This document shows, in pieces, positions 36,255 through 50,666 of a stretch of 64,000 nucleotides of DNA. The DNA comes from Kudoa neothunni (taxonomy: Eukaryota > Animalia > Cnidaria), in assembly GCA_964304625.1 (NCBI GenBank), contig OZ199839.1, forward strand, positions 6,636,034 through 6,700,033, in the 5' to 3' direction. Every line of letters starts with the position of its first letter. The first letter of the stretch is position 1. Made by a program: the position numbers and the translations under genes. Below the pieces are notes generated by a model, which ran no database searches, was not told where the DNA came from, and saw only the letters and a program-made list of their open reading frames with translations.

Positions 36255-39180
36255 TGTCTTTACGAAGGACCAGTAAAAATAGAAGACCTATGTGCATTGT
36301 TGATTCGTTTTAGAATTGGAAAGATTGCGCTAATAACAGATATAGAAAAAGCTTACCATCGAATTGCATTGAGGGAAGAAGACAGAGATTATACACGCTT
36401 TCTTCGGTAAAAGAATCCAAATTGTCCACCCACCAATGACAATATCGACATACTTCGATTTTCCCGCGTTCGATTTGGACTAATTTCAGCTCCATTTTTG
36501 TTACAAGAAACATTATTACATCACTTTACTAATCAAAAGGACTTGGAAATATCAAATCTATACCGGTCCATTTATGTCGATGATTTGGTACATAATTGTC
36601 ACAGCTTGGATGAAACACTGAAAATATACCAACAAACTAAATCTACACTCAACGAAGTTTCTTTTAACATATGCAAATGGAGTACCAATTCCAATACATT
36701 GAAAAAGTTTTTACGAGACAAGATGCTGATTTTTCTCATGACGTCAAAGTTCTTGGCATTGTGTGGAACATTGTCAGTGATACGCTCCTAATTAAAAAGT
36801 GGAAGACAACGCAAAGCGATAAAAGGATAACAAAACGAATTGTCGACTCCAATATATTTTGTGTATTCGATCCCCTGGGTTCCTTCTTTCCAATCACTTT
36901 GGAGGTTAAATTGCTGCTAAGAGAAATTTGATGTTTTAAATGCGATTGGGATGATGTGCTACTAAGATACATTAGCAAAAAATGTTTCGATATCGCGAAA
37001 GATTTAAAACAGATGTCAACATGGAGCATAAACAGAACATTCAACAAAGTCAGTTTCCATAAAGAACGTTTCACTTGCATGTTATTTTGCTTCACTGATG
37101 CTTCTCAGCTGGCATATGCTTGTGTCATCTACTTGGTCGTATAAACAGAGTACGAATGAGCCTATGCTCGTTTATTCAAAGAGTGGAGTCGCTCCGATAA
37201 AACACATGACGATTCCGAAATTAGAACTAATGGGAGCCCTGCTTGGAGCAAGTGCTACAAAATCTGTTGAAAAATCTATGGAAATTAACATATCGGAGTA
37301 ACACATATTTTGTGACTCTAAGCGTGTTTTACAGTGGATTAAATCTGAAAAACCACTACCGACAGTTGTCATAGGTAGAATTGTTGAAGTGCAAAACTTT
37401 GATAATGTTACGTGGAATTTTATTCGATCCGAAATAAATCCTGTTGATAAAACAACTCGAGGAATAAATCTATCCGATAAAACCAGTATGGAATTATGGT
37501 TCTCTGGCCTTGAATTTATTTTACATGAACGAAATAAATGGCCAACTCATTCGATATACAATACACAAATTGTCATACCTAATAACAGGGTTATCCTAAC
37601 CCAACAAAGTCGCACAGTTGAAGAAACTCAAAACAAAGAAATTTTCAGTTTTGGTTTAGACCCAACTCGATTACCCAAATTTTACACATTAGGGAGATCA
37701 ATGGCCTGGATTATACGTTTCATTTCCCATTGTATGAGGAGATATAAACAGTCAACAAAATAATCTAGTTTAGAAATTGACGCTGCCAAAAAACTAATTA
37801 TTAAGGAAGTGCAAGAATGACATTTATCAGAAAAATTTAATGCGCTAAGAATGAAAAAGTACGATAAACAAAGGGTTCAGTTTGGGATATGCATAGATGA
37901 AAATGGATATTTACGGTTTGACTGTCGTTTAAACAACATGGAATCTTCATAAAATTCTAAACACCCGTATTTACTGCCCAAATCAAGTTGTGATACTCGC
38001 CTAATTATTTTGGATGTGCCCGAAATTGGCGGTCATTGTGGTACCAATTCGACATTAAGCCGGCTTATGAAAAATTACTGGACACCACACATACGTTCCG
38101 TAGTTCGTTCAAATATCCAGCGTCGTTACCACTGAAAAAAATTCAATCATCCACCTTACCAATTACCTCAATTTCCAAACTTCCCCGATTTCAGAGTCAA
38201 TAAATACACGCCATTCTCACACATTCGAGTAGACTACGCCGGTCCATTCAAAATATTCAACGAAGAAGCTGAAAATAAAGTGTGGATATGTCTCTTTACG
38301 TGCGGTACAATCCGTGCAGTACATCTGGAACTCATAGAATCACTATCTGGTGTAGAGTTTCTTAAATGCTTCAAAAGATTTACGAGTCGAATAGGATGTC
38401 CCACATTGATAAAATCTCACAATGCCAAATTTCAGATCTTTTTCAAAGTCAATATTAAATCTATCGAGAAACAGCGAGCTACAACCATCAATTCTTCATT
38501 CGTATTGTGAGAAAAGAAATATTTCATGGAAATTTATCACTGAGTTTGCACCTTGGATGGGAGGTTTTTACGAAAGAATGATTCAGTTGGTGCAAAGGTT
38601 CGTTCAAAAAACTCTTGGTTCAAGAAAATATTCATTTAATCGATTCAACACATTTCTCACTGAAATAAAATTCATGATCAACTCTAGACCATTAACCTAT
38701 ATAACAAGCGAAGAAATCACAAAGATTATTTTCCCAAATGATTTCTTATGTTTAAACAAACAATACGCTTCTTGCAATGAAGTTGAAGAGTCCAACATCG
38801 ACGTTAATTATGAAGTGAATGGGATGAACCCCAGTAAAACTAATATTGAATTATGGAGAATGGGAAAGCGAATTCTTGAAAACTGTTGGAAACTCTGGGA
38901 AAATCAATGTCTTGAATCTCCGACAACGTTATCAAATGGATTATCCTCAAGCCAAATTAAAAAGAAACTCAATACCTTAAAATGACGATGTTATTCATGT
39001 GATGGAACCTACCAAGCTAAACAGTTGGATGTTCGGAAAAATTGTCGAAATATACGAAAATTCTGAAAGTAATGTGACATCCTCGAAAGTAAAGCTTGCA
39101 GACGGAAAATGTGTGAGAAGATCCATAAAACATCTTAGTTTTTTTGAACTTCTCCCTCGGGAGCGTTGTTGACTGCTAGT
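36255..39180 (+). mobile_element. BEL/Pao LTR retrotransposon pol remnant (RT, RNase H, integrase)
   Basis: DIEKAYHRI, YVDD, FDPLG, FTDASQLAYACVIY, TIPKLELMGA, VDYAGPF, APWMGGFYERMI and INSRPLTY; many stops and frameshifts. Confidence 0.92.
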
Positions 39181-41360
39181 CAACAAGATTTGAACGAAAA
39201 TATTCGTTACTCATTTTCGTGGTTTAAAAATATGTGTTTGTGTGCTAGCGCAAATTCAATTCAATACAAAGTTACGATAATGTGTAAGTATTTTGATCAT
39301 TTCGTTACCTGAATGTACAAATTAAAATTTTCTGTTATATTTTAATAGAACTCATATTTTTAGGGGAATACATGTGATCTCAAATCAAATGATATAAGGT
39401 TCTCTAAGATCAATTCAAACATCCATTGGTGTCCAATGGTTCCCAAAGGCGCTCTGAAGCTTAATAAAGCATTCTTTTTCCAGATTACTTACTTTTAAGC
39501 CCTACGCGAACTACAAAATTATCGGATATAGATGAAAATATAGAGGATGAAATTTTTTAAATGATAATCGATTCGGAGATTGTGAAAGGTTAAATAAATG
39601 GTGTTAATGAAAATAAGGACATTGTGCAATCAACTAAAAAAGATATCGAATAGGAAGAGCTAAAAATAACACCTATAAAGTTTCATCAATAGAAGAAATT
39701 GATTACGTGCGAAATTATAAAAGCATATCAAAGTTGATAATAATAGAATATACAATTTATTGTTTGAAATAGAAGATATTTACGAAATATCATTGAAGAA
39801 TTTACGACAATTATAAACAACAGAATTTTTTCCATGTTTTAAAAAACCATATTAGGAATTTATTATTCTTGTGTGTATATAAATATAATTTTAAAAAATT
39901 TTACCCAATTTTATTATGTGATTTTTAAAACCGTGAAATATTTTTAATAAATAACAAAAATCATTTTTTTTCGTCTAGCGCACGCACTTACTTGGTACGT
40001 AAAATTGGTTACCGACTGTATATTCTTTATTATGTTACATTTTAAGTTTTATTCTCGAATTGATATCCGACCTCTGATATGAATTTTAGCAAAATTGTCT
40101 TTAAAAATGTTGGTGCAACGAAAATCTGAGCATTCATTTATTTAAATGTATAAATGAATGTCAATTTCAATATAATAATAAGTAATATTTATTCAGATAG
40201 GTGAAGAAGGCATCCGTGTTGGATTTTCTGAATTTTTATGAACCCATTGCTTCAATGTTTAAATTTAAATCTAACTTAATATAAAATAAGGAATTAGCTG
40301 GGGTTTTCGCACAACGTGGTATATGATGCAGGCTTCTCGACTTTAGTGTACAAAAATAAAAAGTATCGGAATTCCCTGTAACTCCAAACGATTTTAAAGT
40401 ATTATTTACCGATAAATGTCCATACTTTGAATTACTTATCAAAAACTGGCATGAGCGAGAAATCTGCCAGATCAATTAAATACCAAATTGCAATTTTAAA
40501 ATGGTGATTTTTTGTGAACTATATGGATTGGTTATATTTACTTGGCTTATTTAAATTTCTCCTTTAAGTACAAAAATTAAACAGGCGACTATACTTTTTA
40601 TTAGTACAATCTAGTATCACTTTAATATAAATTTGTTTTTCAAATATTTTGAAATAATTATAACAATATTTATTTATTATAACTGTTTATTATTTTACGT
40701 AAATATGGTGTGTCCAAGTAGGGATAAATAATAGCTTCAATCGTTGAGTGTTAGGTCTTGGGACAGGGAAAGATATTTTTTCTTTTTTAATAATGCGTAG
40801 AAAATTCAATTAAAATAATTCGGAAAATTAAAAATTTTAAATATCATATCAAATAATAAAAAGCATAATTGAAAGCAGTTTTTATTGGTATTAGTATTTT
40901 TGCGTGTAAATAAAAGGTAAAATTAAGCCCTAACTTTCACCTGGAGGAGGGGATGCGAAGTAATCGGGGAAATTAGCCTGGGGATACGAATGTAAAATTT
41001 GTAAGGAAACACTGTTATATACCCTTCATAAAATTTGTTAATTCATTAAAACAACATATAAATTTATCATGTATATATATATGGAAATACTTTAAGAAAT
41101 AAAATAAAATTTAATAAATACAAGCCAAATTTCATTTCAAATACTACTTTATTGAAATTTTTAATTTATATTCGTAATAAATAAAATATGATGTCATAAT
41201 ACAAGTCCTAATTAACAATACGCGTTAATAACCATTCATACGTGTCAGTAAATCAATCAGATTAATGAACTATGAATTAATTGACTACTGCTAATGTAAG
41301 TGCGAAAACAATTCTTACTTAATATCATTTATAAACGACTTTTTTACATTACTGTGAACT

Positions 41361-42751
41361 ATGTTGGTGCTTTCACTATTTTCTTTTTTCTTAGCAATTG
41401 TTACTGCGGGTGATTGATTTAATTCTTTATTTATATTGTTTTATTTTTTAAAAAGAGAGAGCTTTACCTTCCTATGAAAAAGATGCTGGTCAGCCACCAG
41501 TTTGGTTGACGGATAAAAGCCAACAAGAACAGGCTGCTGTCGAGAGATGGTATATTGACAAAGAGGATGCCACTTGCAAACCTTTTACTTATCTTGGATC
41601 CCTCGGAAACTTCAACAACTTTGTCTCTAGAGCTGCGTGCAACGAGCATCGTACATCTCGTTAAATTTACTTAGGCGTTTAATACTGAAATAGTAAAATT
41701 CAAACCTGAAGAACAAGCTGATGCATGTAAGTTACCGAAAACAGATGGAGGTTGTAGCTTAACAGGTGATAAAATGTTAACAAGATGGTACTTCAACAGA
41801 GATACCGCTAATGGCAATATAAACACTTGTCTCAGCTTCAAATACAATGGATGTGGTGGAAACGCGAACAACTTCGAATCAGAAAAGGAATGTAAACAAG
41901 CTTGCCAAAGTAATTCTCTCCTTAGTTTATAGAATATCTAAAATTAAATACTATACATATATTATGCTTAATTTGTATTTATGCTAACAGATAACAAAAA
42001 CGGTGGAATGGATTCTGGAGCTGCAGAAAATACTATGACCGCTACTCCAAATGAATTTGATTGTAAATTTGTACCCGAAGTCAAATCTGCCACACCTGTA
42101 ATGGGAATTGTTCCCCACAAAGATGGGAAAAAATGCGTTTACGCTTCTGTTGGAAAAGATGCAACAAGAGGATTTTTCAAAGAGTTACCAAACTGTGTGA
42201 AAACTTGCATAAGTATAATTTTAAACATTATTCAATATCTTATTTATTTCAAACAGAAAAAAAAGTTCCAGCGTGCAAAGCTGATGGCCCGCATCAAGTG
42301 GAACCCACGGCTGATATCACAACTATGACAGGTGTATCTACGTATTATTACTTCAATAAAACGTTAGCATTGTGCTTACCTTTCATGTCAAAAACGGCTG
42401 AATCCCCAACCACAAATATTGATGATGGTACATTGAACATATTTAGCTCTGTTGAGTTGTGTGCAAGTTTCTGTCCTGCAAGTACCAAATATACTGATAA
42501 TAATATTTAATATAAATTAAGCTGCTCATATTGGTCAATTAACCGCGGTTGAAGCTTGTTTTCTGCCAAAAGCTGGAGAGTTAAGTGGCACCGGTAAGTA
42601 TCAGATTCAGAGATTCTATTATGATCACTCTGCAAGTGGCGACAAATGTACACAATTCAAATTTAACGGGAAAGATATGAACCTGAATAATTTCAAAGAT
42701 AAAGCTGATTGTGACAAAATTTGCAAGGATCCTCTAACAACAACCGTCTAA
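41361..42751 (+). CDS. Secreted five-Kunitz-like-domain protein, paralog 4 (intact)
   Basis: The spliced frame is open from MLVLSLFSFFLAIVTA to ICKDPLTTTV*, with five phase-1 GT-AG introns at conserved positions. Confidence 0.9.
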
Positions 42752-42995
42752 TCAAATCATCGAATTCTATATTATTATAATTTAATATATTTATAAACCT
42801 TAGAATACTTATTATATTATATCCTCAAAAGTATGAAACGTTTCGACTAATGTATTGAATATACATTAGGTAACCGGTTTCACGTTCTTCTTCGACGACC
42901 GGGGAAAAGGTTCTTAAAACTTGCCACGCCCGATTCTGCACACTTTAATGTGCACTCATTACACGAGGAATTTACTTTTTATTACTACCTATTAA

Positions 42996-43847
42996 TCCTT
43001 AATGGACCACCTTGGGTTCCGCGAGCCCAAGAACAAATCTTGTTTTAAATTGGTAAAATATTATTATTAGCGCGATTAACATTTAAGCTATATTCCATCG
43101 TAAGGCCTAATAAAAATGAGACACATTTTCATTGCATAAGGTTACAAAAAGTACAAGTAATGATTTTTAAATAATGTTCGGAATAGTCGCTCTTACGACA
43201 CTGGCGACAAACCAGTTTGCTCCTGCGTACGGCATTGGATGGACAAAGATAACCTATCCTTGATTTATTTTCATCGTTATTGTAGTGACTTCTATATAAT
43301 AGTATAATAACTTGAATATTATGATCGGCAGTCCCCTCGGGACAGATATTATTAGTTAGCGAATTGCGGTTTTATCGCGTGCCGCTGCTTCATTACGATT
43401 GTCATCACCGCGTTTTAATGCAAAGAACCGAGGTTCGAATTCCGGTTCGGATCTTGTGTTACAGGCTGGAAAGAAATTTTAGGATTTTTAAATCTCCTAT
43501 TCTGTAAATTTATTGTCAATGATATACCCAAATCATCTTCAGAACTCTCATTTACACATTATTTTAGATAAAATGTCTAGTTCGTTCGATGAAATACTTT
43601 CACAATCAGGCGACATTTGTATTAACTTTCAAAAATGTGTTTGAAATTAAACATTCAAAACAAAGGATTACATTTGTAATTAATGACTGTATTACATGTT
43701 TAAAATTGATCCAAAATTAATCAAATAAGAATTAAAATTTGTTATGAATTTACGTAAAATTTGAATTAAAAAAATGAATTTTTCGGGATCATAAACACAA
43801 TTTCGTAGGTGTGTGGGCTCGTGGAGCCCAAGGTGGTCCATTAAGAG
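42996..43847. mobile_element. piggyBac-like non-autonomous element
   Basis: TIRs CTTAATGGACCACCTTGGG.TCC.CGAGCCCA flanked by TTAA on both sides (42992-42995 and 43848-43851). Confidence 0.75.
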
Positions 43848-44721
43848 TTAATCATGTTGTATGCTCTAGTCCTTCCTCTTCCCGTGGTTTACAATCGCAT
43901 TCAAAACCAGATTTTGATGTTGTAACAGGACCTGAATTTGAGGTGCAATCAATACGAACAACCTCAACATCACTCTGAGAATCAATACATTCCAATAAAT
44001 CCCCACAGCTAGAAGCATCTGACAAATTTCCTTCGAACTCCATATCGCTATCCGTAATTTTTTTATCATCAACATGGTCATCCAATAAATATTCTGAATC
44101 ATTACTATGCATTATTAAATCAAAATAAACATAAATAAAGTTAAAATTAACAAGTTATGAATAAAGTATGCAACCGATAATACGCACTTTCATCGATACG
44201 CCGTAGTCAAAGTTTAGATTGGGTGAAACGTTTTATAATATTTTTTGGATTGTAGCAAGATAAAAGTCATAGAAATATTTTTGAATTAAACTGAGAATTT
44301 TCCAATCTGTTGTATCACGTGACTAACCAATAATACGTACTTTTTTCGGCCAAATCACGTAGATTGAATTGTTTTTATTGGAAACGAGGGAACAATTTTA
44401 AGGTAATGGAGGAATATCCGGCTCCACAATTTCGGCATATCCCCCAATTCGCAAAGTCCCGATCCTTATATTCCATGGTTTAACTTATTTTTAAAATATT
44501 AAGTGACCAACAAAATTTTCAAACATTCAATTCTAGAATGTTACCCAAAATCACGCTTCGACATCAATCGATCTTCGCGCATATCAGCGCCCACACATTT
44601 CCGCTCCTGTTTTTAACGTAATTAACCTTTGAGAACACACAATTTTTATAATTTTTAAATCTATATAATTTTTACGTTTATTGGTACAATTTTATTTTAT
44701 ATAAATTATTGAACACAAGGA

Positions 44722-47478
44722 GGTAATTATAAAGGCTGTGATTCCAGAAAATCTCTCATTTCCACGCGCTTTTTCACAAAACTTTTTCCGCGATTATATT
44801 TATCAACGAAAAAGAATGTCGAGAGCAAAGATTCAGCTCATGAAGCTAATTTCTACATTTTGATTCGGGATAAATTATCGCCACGTGGAATCCATCTTTT
44901 GTTTACCAAATATCGAGAATTCCTCTATTTCTTTCATATATCCATTTAATTGACTCATTAGATAACTTAAAATGTTTTTATATAATAATTGAAATTAAAT
45001 AATTGTATTTAGGTGTAAAATAAGAAAACTCTTATACCCAATAAAAGAACCTATTTTATTTTATGCTGTTTGAGTAAAAGCATTATATTAAATTATGAAA
45101 TTGTGTTAAACTAGTTTTTTTAGTTTAATTATTATTTTCGTATCATTTATAATAGCATAGCAAATATAATTAATGATTTCTTAAATAATTTCAACAAGAA
45201 TCTTAGTCTTTTAGGTATATTTTATATAAAACTGATAAAAATAGTTTCAATTATTATGAAATGCAAATATTTAACTATTTTTTATAATCTTAAATTAATG
45301 TTGAATGGTTTAAACTAACACCAAAAAATGTTGATGTAAAATAGTTACAGATAATATAAGGTATCATCGGTGATTCAAACCAATTTCCACTTTTTTATTA
45401 TGGCCAAAGAATGTTGTCTTAATACACAAATTTGTAATCTTAAAATCCTTTGAAATAAATTATTAAGCATATTTTTATACAATTCTGAATAAATGAATCG
45501 TAAAAATGGTTGATGACATTAAAAATATGATAGTCAATTTTTTACCTATATTACACAATATGGTTAGTCTATACACAAAGTTTCCGAAAATTTATTAACT
45601 TTAGCAACTTTTTTCATTGGAATTCCGTATAAACAATGGAAAGTATGTTTTTAAAATAATTCGAGTGAAGTTGATAAGCATATCCTAACAATATAATTAC
45701 TTGACAACGTTTCGTAACTATATTTAAGCACATTATGAAATTAACAAAAAAAATTTCAAATTTAAATTGTTCCAATAACATTATCTTTTAAAAATTTTGT
45801 TACTGGATTTTCAGTACTTACATGGTAATCTATGTATAGGTTTAGAATAATCTTATAATTATTACATAGTGATTTCAAATTTTTTAAACTAAAAAGGGGT
45901 GAATTAAGACATCCTTAATGCTTGTTGAAGCAAAAAATCCAAATGAGTAAACTAATGAGACATTCTAATTTTTATTAGCATATTACTTAACAGAGTTATT
46001 TTTGCGCCCATGAATGATCGAAACCATCCTTCAATTACGTACTCAGGCTGATTTTCAAAGGAAACTCCACTTTTAATTCGGAGAAATTTCGTTTTTAATC
46101 TCCCCTAACACGTTTCAATTGTGTTTGTGTAGGTACCATTATTGACAAACTCCTTAGAATGGTTCACTAGAATATGGTTATATCCGAGGAAACTTGTACC
46201 ATTGTAGGTTGCCCATTCATCGCTATAAATTTGTGAGCATTTTATCACTTCGGTTTCAGTAATAGGTAGGAGTGTGTTGACATCTCGTCGCTTCACATAA
46301 AAGTATCAGACTTCTTCAGGGGTGTTAATAACACGGTCTTCAAGTTTACATAAGCACAGCACAAATATCCATGGCCCATCAATACGTAGTCCATAATTTT
46401 CCTCTTTAATTCCCATTGTCATATTTGACATTGAAAATACAAATGAAAGAATCAAATACTTCCAAAAGAAGCATCAGCAAACTCGACTTCGGAAGGCAAA
46501 TATTCACTCCCACATATTTCATCGGTATTTTTAAATTTTTAGTTTAATAAAATAAATATATAATATACATACATGGAGACAAAATTTCTCTGTTGGGTGA
46601 CATTTTCCACACGTCACTCTTTAGATATCTTCCACGGCTAATTTTCCTTCTCCCTTGTAGAAGACACTCGTCAATTTCTATGACGTAGCCTTTTCCTCCG
46701 AATGTTTGTCTTTCTTCGTAAGAAGAGTGATACAAACCGCGGATTTTTTTACACCAGGCGGAAGCAATTGGCCAACTTACTCCTGACATTTCAGCGAATG
46801 TAGTAGATATGTTGGAATTCAGGGACAAATTTTACAAAATTTTAAGAATTTTGTTCAATGTTAAATTTTGGGATGGATCAACTATTCCCGCCCTTGAAAA
46901 AAAGATTCCCATTCTAGGAGAAACATTAGTTTTACATCTAGATATAATTAAATTTATTCATATAGAATATATTTGCATAATTTTTACAAATAAAAGTATA
47001 GGAATACTCCATCATATTTCTATCACATGATGTTTTTTGGGTTACTGATCTCAAAATGTTTAGCTTGCGTTTGCTTATTGTAAACGTATCATAATTTCAA
47101 CAGTTTTAACATTTTTTGAGTGCAAGTTTCAGGTAAACTTTTGTTAACAAGGTTTTGAATAATCCATCATAATTATTTATTAATAAATAAAAAACACCAT
47201 TGCCGATTATACATCATGATATAATTTCCCGCGATATATCGAGTCAAGTTAAGAAATAAACTAAAAATAGTACGAATAATTTTAATGCATGTCGTAAACA
47301 TAAGATGGATTCCACGTGGTGACAATTTATCCCGAATCAAAATGTAGAAATTAGTTTCATGAGCTGAATCTTTGCTCTCGACATTCTTTTTCGTTGATAA
47401 ATATAATCTTGGGGAAAGTTTTGTGAAAAAGCGCGTGAAAACGAGAGATCTTCTGGAGTCACAGCCTTTATAATTACC
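44722..47478. mobile_element. Element with ~185-bp terminal inverted repeats, containing a nested Merlin remnant (~46040-46960, -)
   Basis: 44722-44907 and 47293-47478 are near-identical inverted repeats starting GGTAATTATAAAGGCTGTGA. Inside are VIEIDECLLQGRRK and IYSDEWATY...VNHSKEFV...TNTIE. Confidence 0.75.
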
Positions 47479-47967
47479 AAAAATTGGAGGTGAAAATATT
47501 ATAGTGCATATTAATGAGACTGCCGTCACTAAACGCAAATACAACGTTGATCGTCTGTTGAAAAATTAACAATATTGGAGAGTTGGTGGTATCGATGAGA
47601 GTGGCGATTGTTTTTAGAGTTAACCAACAAAAGGAACTGCGATATTATTGAAAATATCATTTTAAATAGAGTGATCGGAAATTCAATTTCGTGGACCGAT
47701 AGATGGGCAGGATATCGACGTGTAATAGAACTTGGACTTACAAACGAATATTGCGCGTCATTATATTCGTTTGTTTCGGTTACTGGTATCCATACTACCC
47801 GAATTGAATCTACTTGGAATGCTTTCAAGAGAAAATACCGTAGCATTACAAACAAACATCTCGAATCGCTCTACGATTATATATCTGATTATATTTTATT
47901 TCGGAAATATAAAAAACGCAAACTAAGTTCATTTTTTAGAGAAATAAACAATAATTTTAACGTATAA
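47479..47967 (+). mobile_element. Merlin/ISXO2 transposase remnant
   Basis: IGGENIIVHINET...W.VGGID, SWTDRWAGY and GIHTTRIESTWNAFKRK. Confidence 0.8.
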
Positions 47968-48276
47968 TTTGAATATTCCTATTTATACCGAAACGGTCCC
48001 GTATTGTGTAGTTTGGCCATTATTGTCGTGTTATTGAGAATGTGGGTTTTTTAATATATAATAACGTATTCCTCAACAAAAACAGTTTTTTATCTGCGTA
48101 TGCGTCATTCTAGGCGAACTTTCACCCTAGGAGTTACAAACTACCATATAATTTTAATATTTGATGCAAATTAGAATCATTACTAGTTTAATTAGAAAAT
48201 ACATTTAGAACTAGTTTTCATCCATTATCAAAATGACAGATATCGAAAGAATAAAACATCTATTAAAGCTTTAAAC

Positions 48277-48994
48277 ATGATTCGTAATTCCAACCTACTA
48301 AATGAACTGTGGAAATGCGCTCTAGAGACTAAATATTCAAAGTTAAAAGAAACTCTCCTTAAACTTGTTTCTAAATTTGGAATAACTTATTGTTGTGAGT
48401 TTATTTATTCAATGATGAAATTTGAAAAATCGAAGCATTGCGTACCCCTTCCCCACAAACAAACACCTGACGGAACTAATTCATTCAGCGTTAACAGCAT
48501 GCAAAGCGGATTACCGTCAACTCATTAATAATGAGGGAACAAAAAATTTGTAACGTTAGAAACCATTTCTAAAAAATATCCGGAAGCATTAAATTCTTGT
48601 GTTATTACTTTATTCGTAAATATGTATCTTTATTTCTTGCCCGGCTACCATTTATGATCAAATATGAAAATATTTTATTATTTTTGCGACCTTTTTCATA
48701 GAGAAAAAGTTCTTTGGATCAATAACAACAAATTTGCATTGTTGAAAAAACCATCATAATTGTACCTATAAAAATTATTTGTAAGTTTTTCAGCGTTTCA
48801 TTGAATAAGAAAAAATTAAAACCTATATTTATAATTCTATAGCATTTTACCTTAATATTTATCAAAAATTTTCCAAAAATGTAAGTTTTATGTACGGAAG
48901 AGAACCATACAAAATTTTTCAATGCATTGCGGATCTTTAAAATTTGGAAACCCTTAAAGTTCGCAGCCATTCTAGGCAAGTCTGGCCACCCCTG
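48277..48994 (+). mobile_element. hAT Buster/SPIN-like 3' remnant
   Basis: FGITYCCEFIYSMMKFEKSK resembles FGSTY.CE..FS.M; right terminus ...TGGCCACCCCTG. Confidence 0.7.
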
Positions 48995-48999
48995 GTATA

Positions 49000-50621
49000 T
49001 ATAAAGGAGGACTGTCGCGTGTGAGTTTTACATAGAAAAGTGCGAATATATAGTGTTTATATTTTTAAAATCTATTCTATTCAAAGTTCCAGTTATATAA
49101 TTTATTAATTTCTCTTAAATAGAACAAATCGTAATAAGACGGATAATTATCGCACATAGCTTTGGTTGAATCCATTTTTTCTTGCTGTTTCATAGGTTGG
49201 TTATTATTATTTGGATTTGTTAACTGAAACTCGATATCTTGCCCAATTGAACTTTGCGCTTGCTTTAATTTGTCTATCAAACAATCAAGCCCAGCGTGTG
49301 ACTGATCAAAGCGGTCGAAGAAATGTCGATTGAAGCTTTCACAACTATTTGTTGTCAATGGAATATTTTTCATCACTCGTTCAAACGAGTTCCAAAAAGT
49401 AGTAGGAAATTTTGAATTTTCTATATATGTTTCGGTGGAATATTTAAAAAATATTCCAATTTTTTCATTATTGAAATTGTTTGAATATTTTTTCAATTTT
49501 TCAAATTCTTTTTGGACGAAATTAGGAGGCAGAAATGATAACGATGTGACCATTTTGAATACGCATCGAAGCTCAATGTTCTTTTGTGCATCTTGTAATA
49601 AACCTATTTTTTGAATTTCCCTCCAAACTGCTTTCCCAAAATGGAAGGTACAAAATTGGATATTTATTGTTTTTGATGCTTTTTCAAAATCAATTATTAA
49701 ATTATCAGGTAATTTAATATGTGGGGTTTCTTTCATTATGTTGATCATAAGGTTATAATCCTCCTCAGTTTTTCCAGGCATTAAAATAAATACTAATGGA
49801 AATACCCTGTTAAAAATTATACCATGGATAACATAGAGTTGATAGAACCCTTTGGGTACAACCTTAAACGTTCCATCGGAGAGCCAAATATTTGAATTGT
49901 TTAAGTGACTCATATTTTCCTCTGTAGAAAATATTATCATTCTTTTTGTGCAGAGGGATCCATTATCGTAAAAACAGAATTTTTTCCCTCTTAATGTAAA
50001 TATTCCCTTGTTTAACAAGTTGGTCTCATTTACAATCGAGATGCTCATCCTTTTTCTCGTGCTTTGGATCAGTTTATAGACCGTTTTTTGTTAAATATTG
50101 GGAGTTCCTCTATTGGTTTTCTGTTGGTGCATTGGTTGTAAACATTGTTCGTAGAATATATCGTTTCTTCAGCAACAGTCCTTACTTCATTATTTAATAA
50201 CACTTTTTTATGTGATTTTCATCAACAGCGTGATTATGCTCGTCAACGGTCACAATTCTACAAATATCCGGCAACAACGAAGTTTGCAACTTACCGCGAC
50301 ATTTTCTTTGCTGGCACCTCCAAAAATTGTGTATCATCATTTGATGTTGTTGTGACGTAAAAATGTTGCTTATAAAGTATTTTGTAGGTATTTCGTATAG
50401 TTTTCAAAAGTATAAACTCCGCCATTATATCTTTGGTTACTAATTGCGCATGTGGCGTTTCGTGGAGTTACAACCAAAAATAATACTTAAAAAGTAAAAT
50501 AATTATTTGATAAAAGTGCAATTAAACCAAATGAAAACCCCAATCTTACAAAAATGCTTAAAAAACGAGTGAAATAACAATGTGTCGCGCATGCGCACCT
50601 CTGGCGAAAACTCGACATGCC
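49000..50621 (-). mobile_element. MULE transposon with a 323-aa transposase ORF fragment (49077-50048)
   Basis: WLSDGTFKVVPKGFYQLYVIHG, IIDFEKA, CTFHFGKAVWR and TTNSCESFNRHF. Same family as the 22-24 kb and 34-35.6 kb copies. Confidence 0.9.
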
Positions 50622-50625
50622 ATTT

Positions 50626-50627
<2 letters not shown>

Positions 50628-50660
<33 letters not shown>
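50628..50660. repeat. (TA)n microsatellite (also ~1214-1236 and ~60236-60262)
   Basis: Direct (TA)n runs, each about 250-330 nt upstream of the ATG of Kunitz paralogs 5, 1 and 6. Confidence 0.9.

Positions 50661-50666
<6 letters not shown>

Noticed and set aside
36255-39180. Reverse transcriptase as the engine of a DGR-like diversifier of the Kunitz loops
   Set aside because: It is an ordinary, heavily decayed BEL/Pao pol. There is no template/variable repeat pair or adenine-specific variation, and the shared blocks include introns, which argues against a cDNA intermediate.
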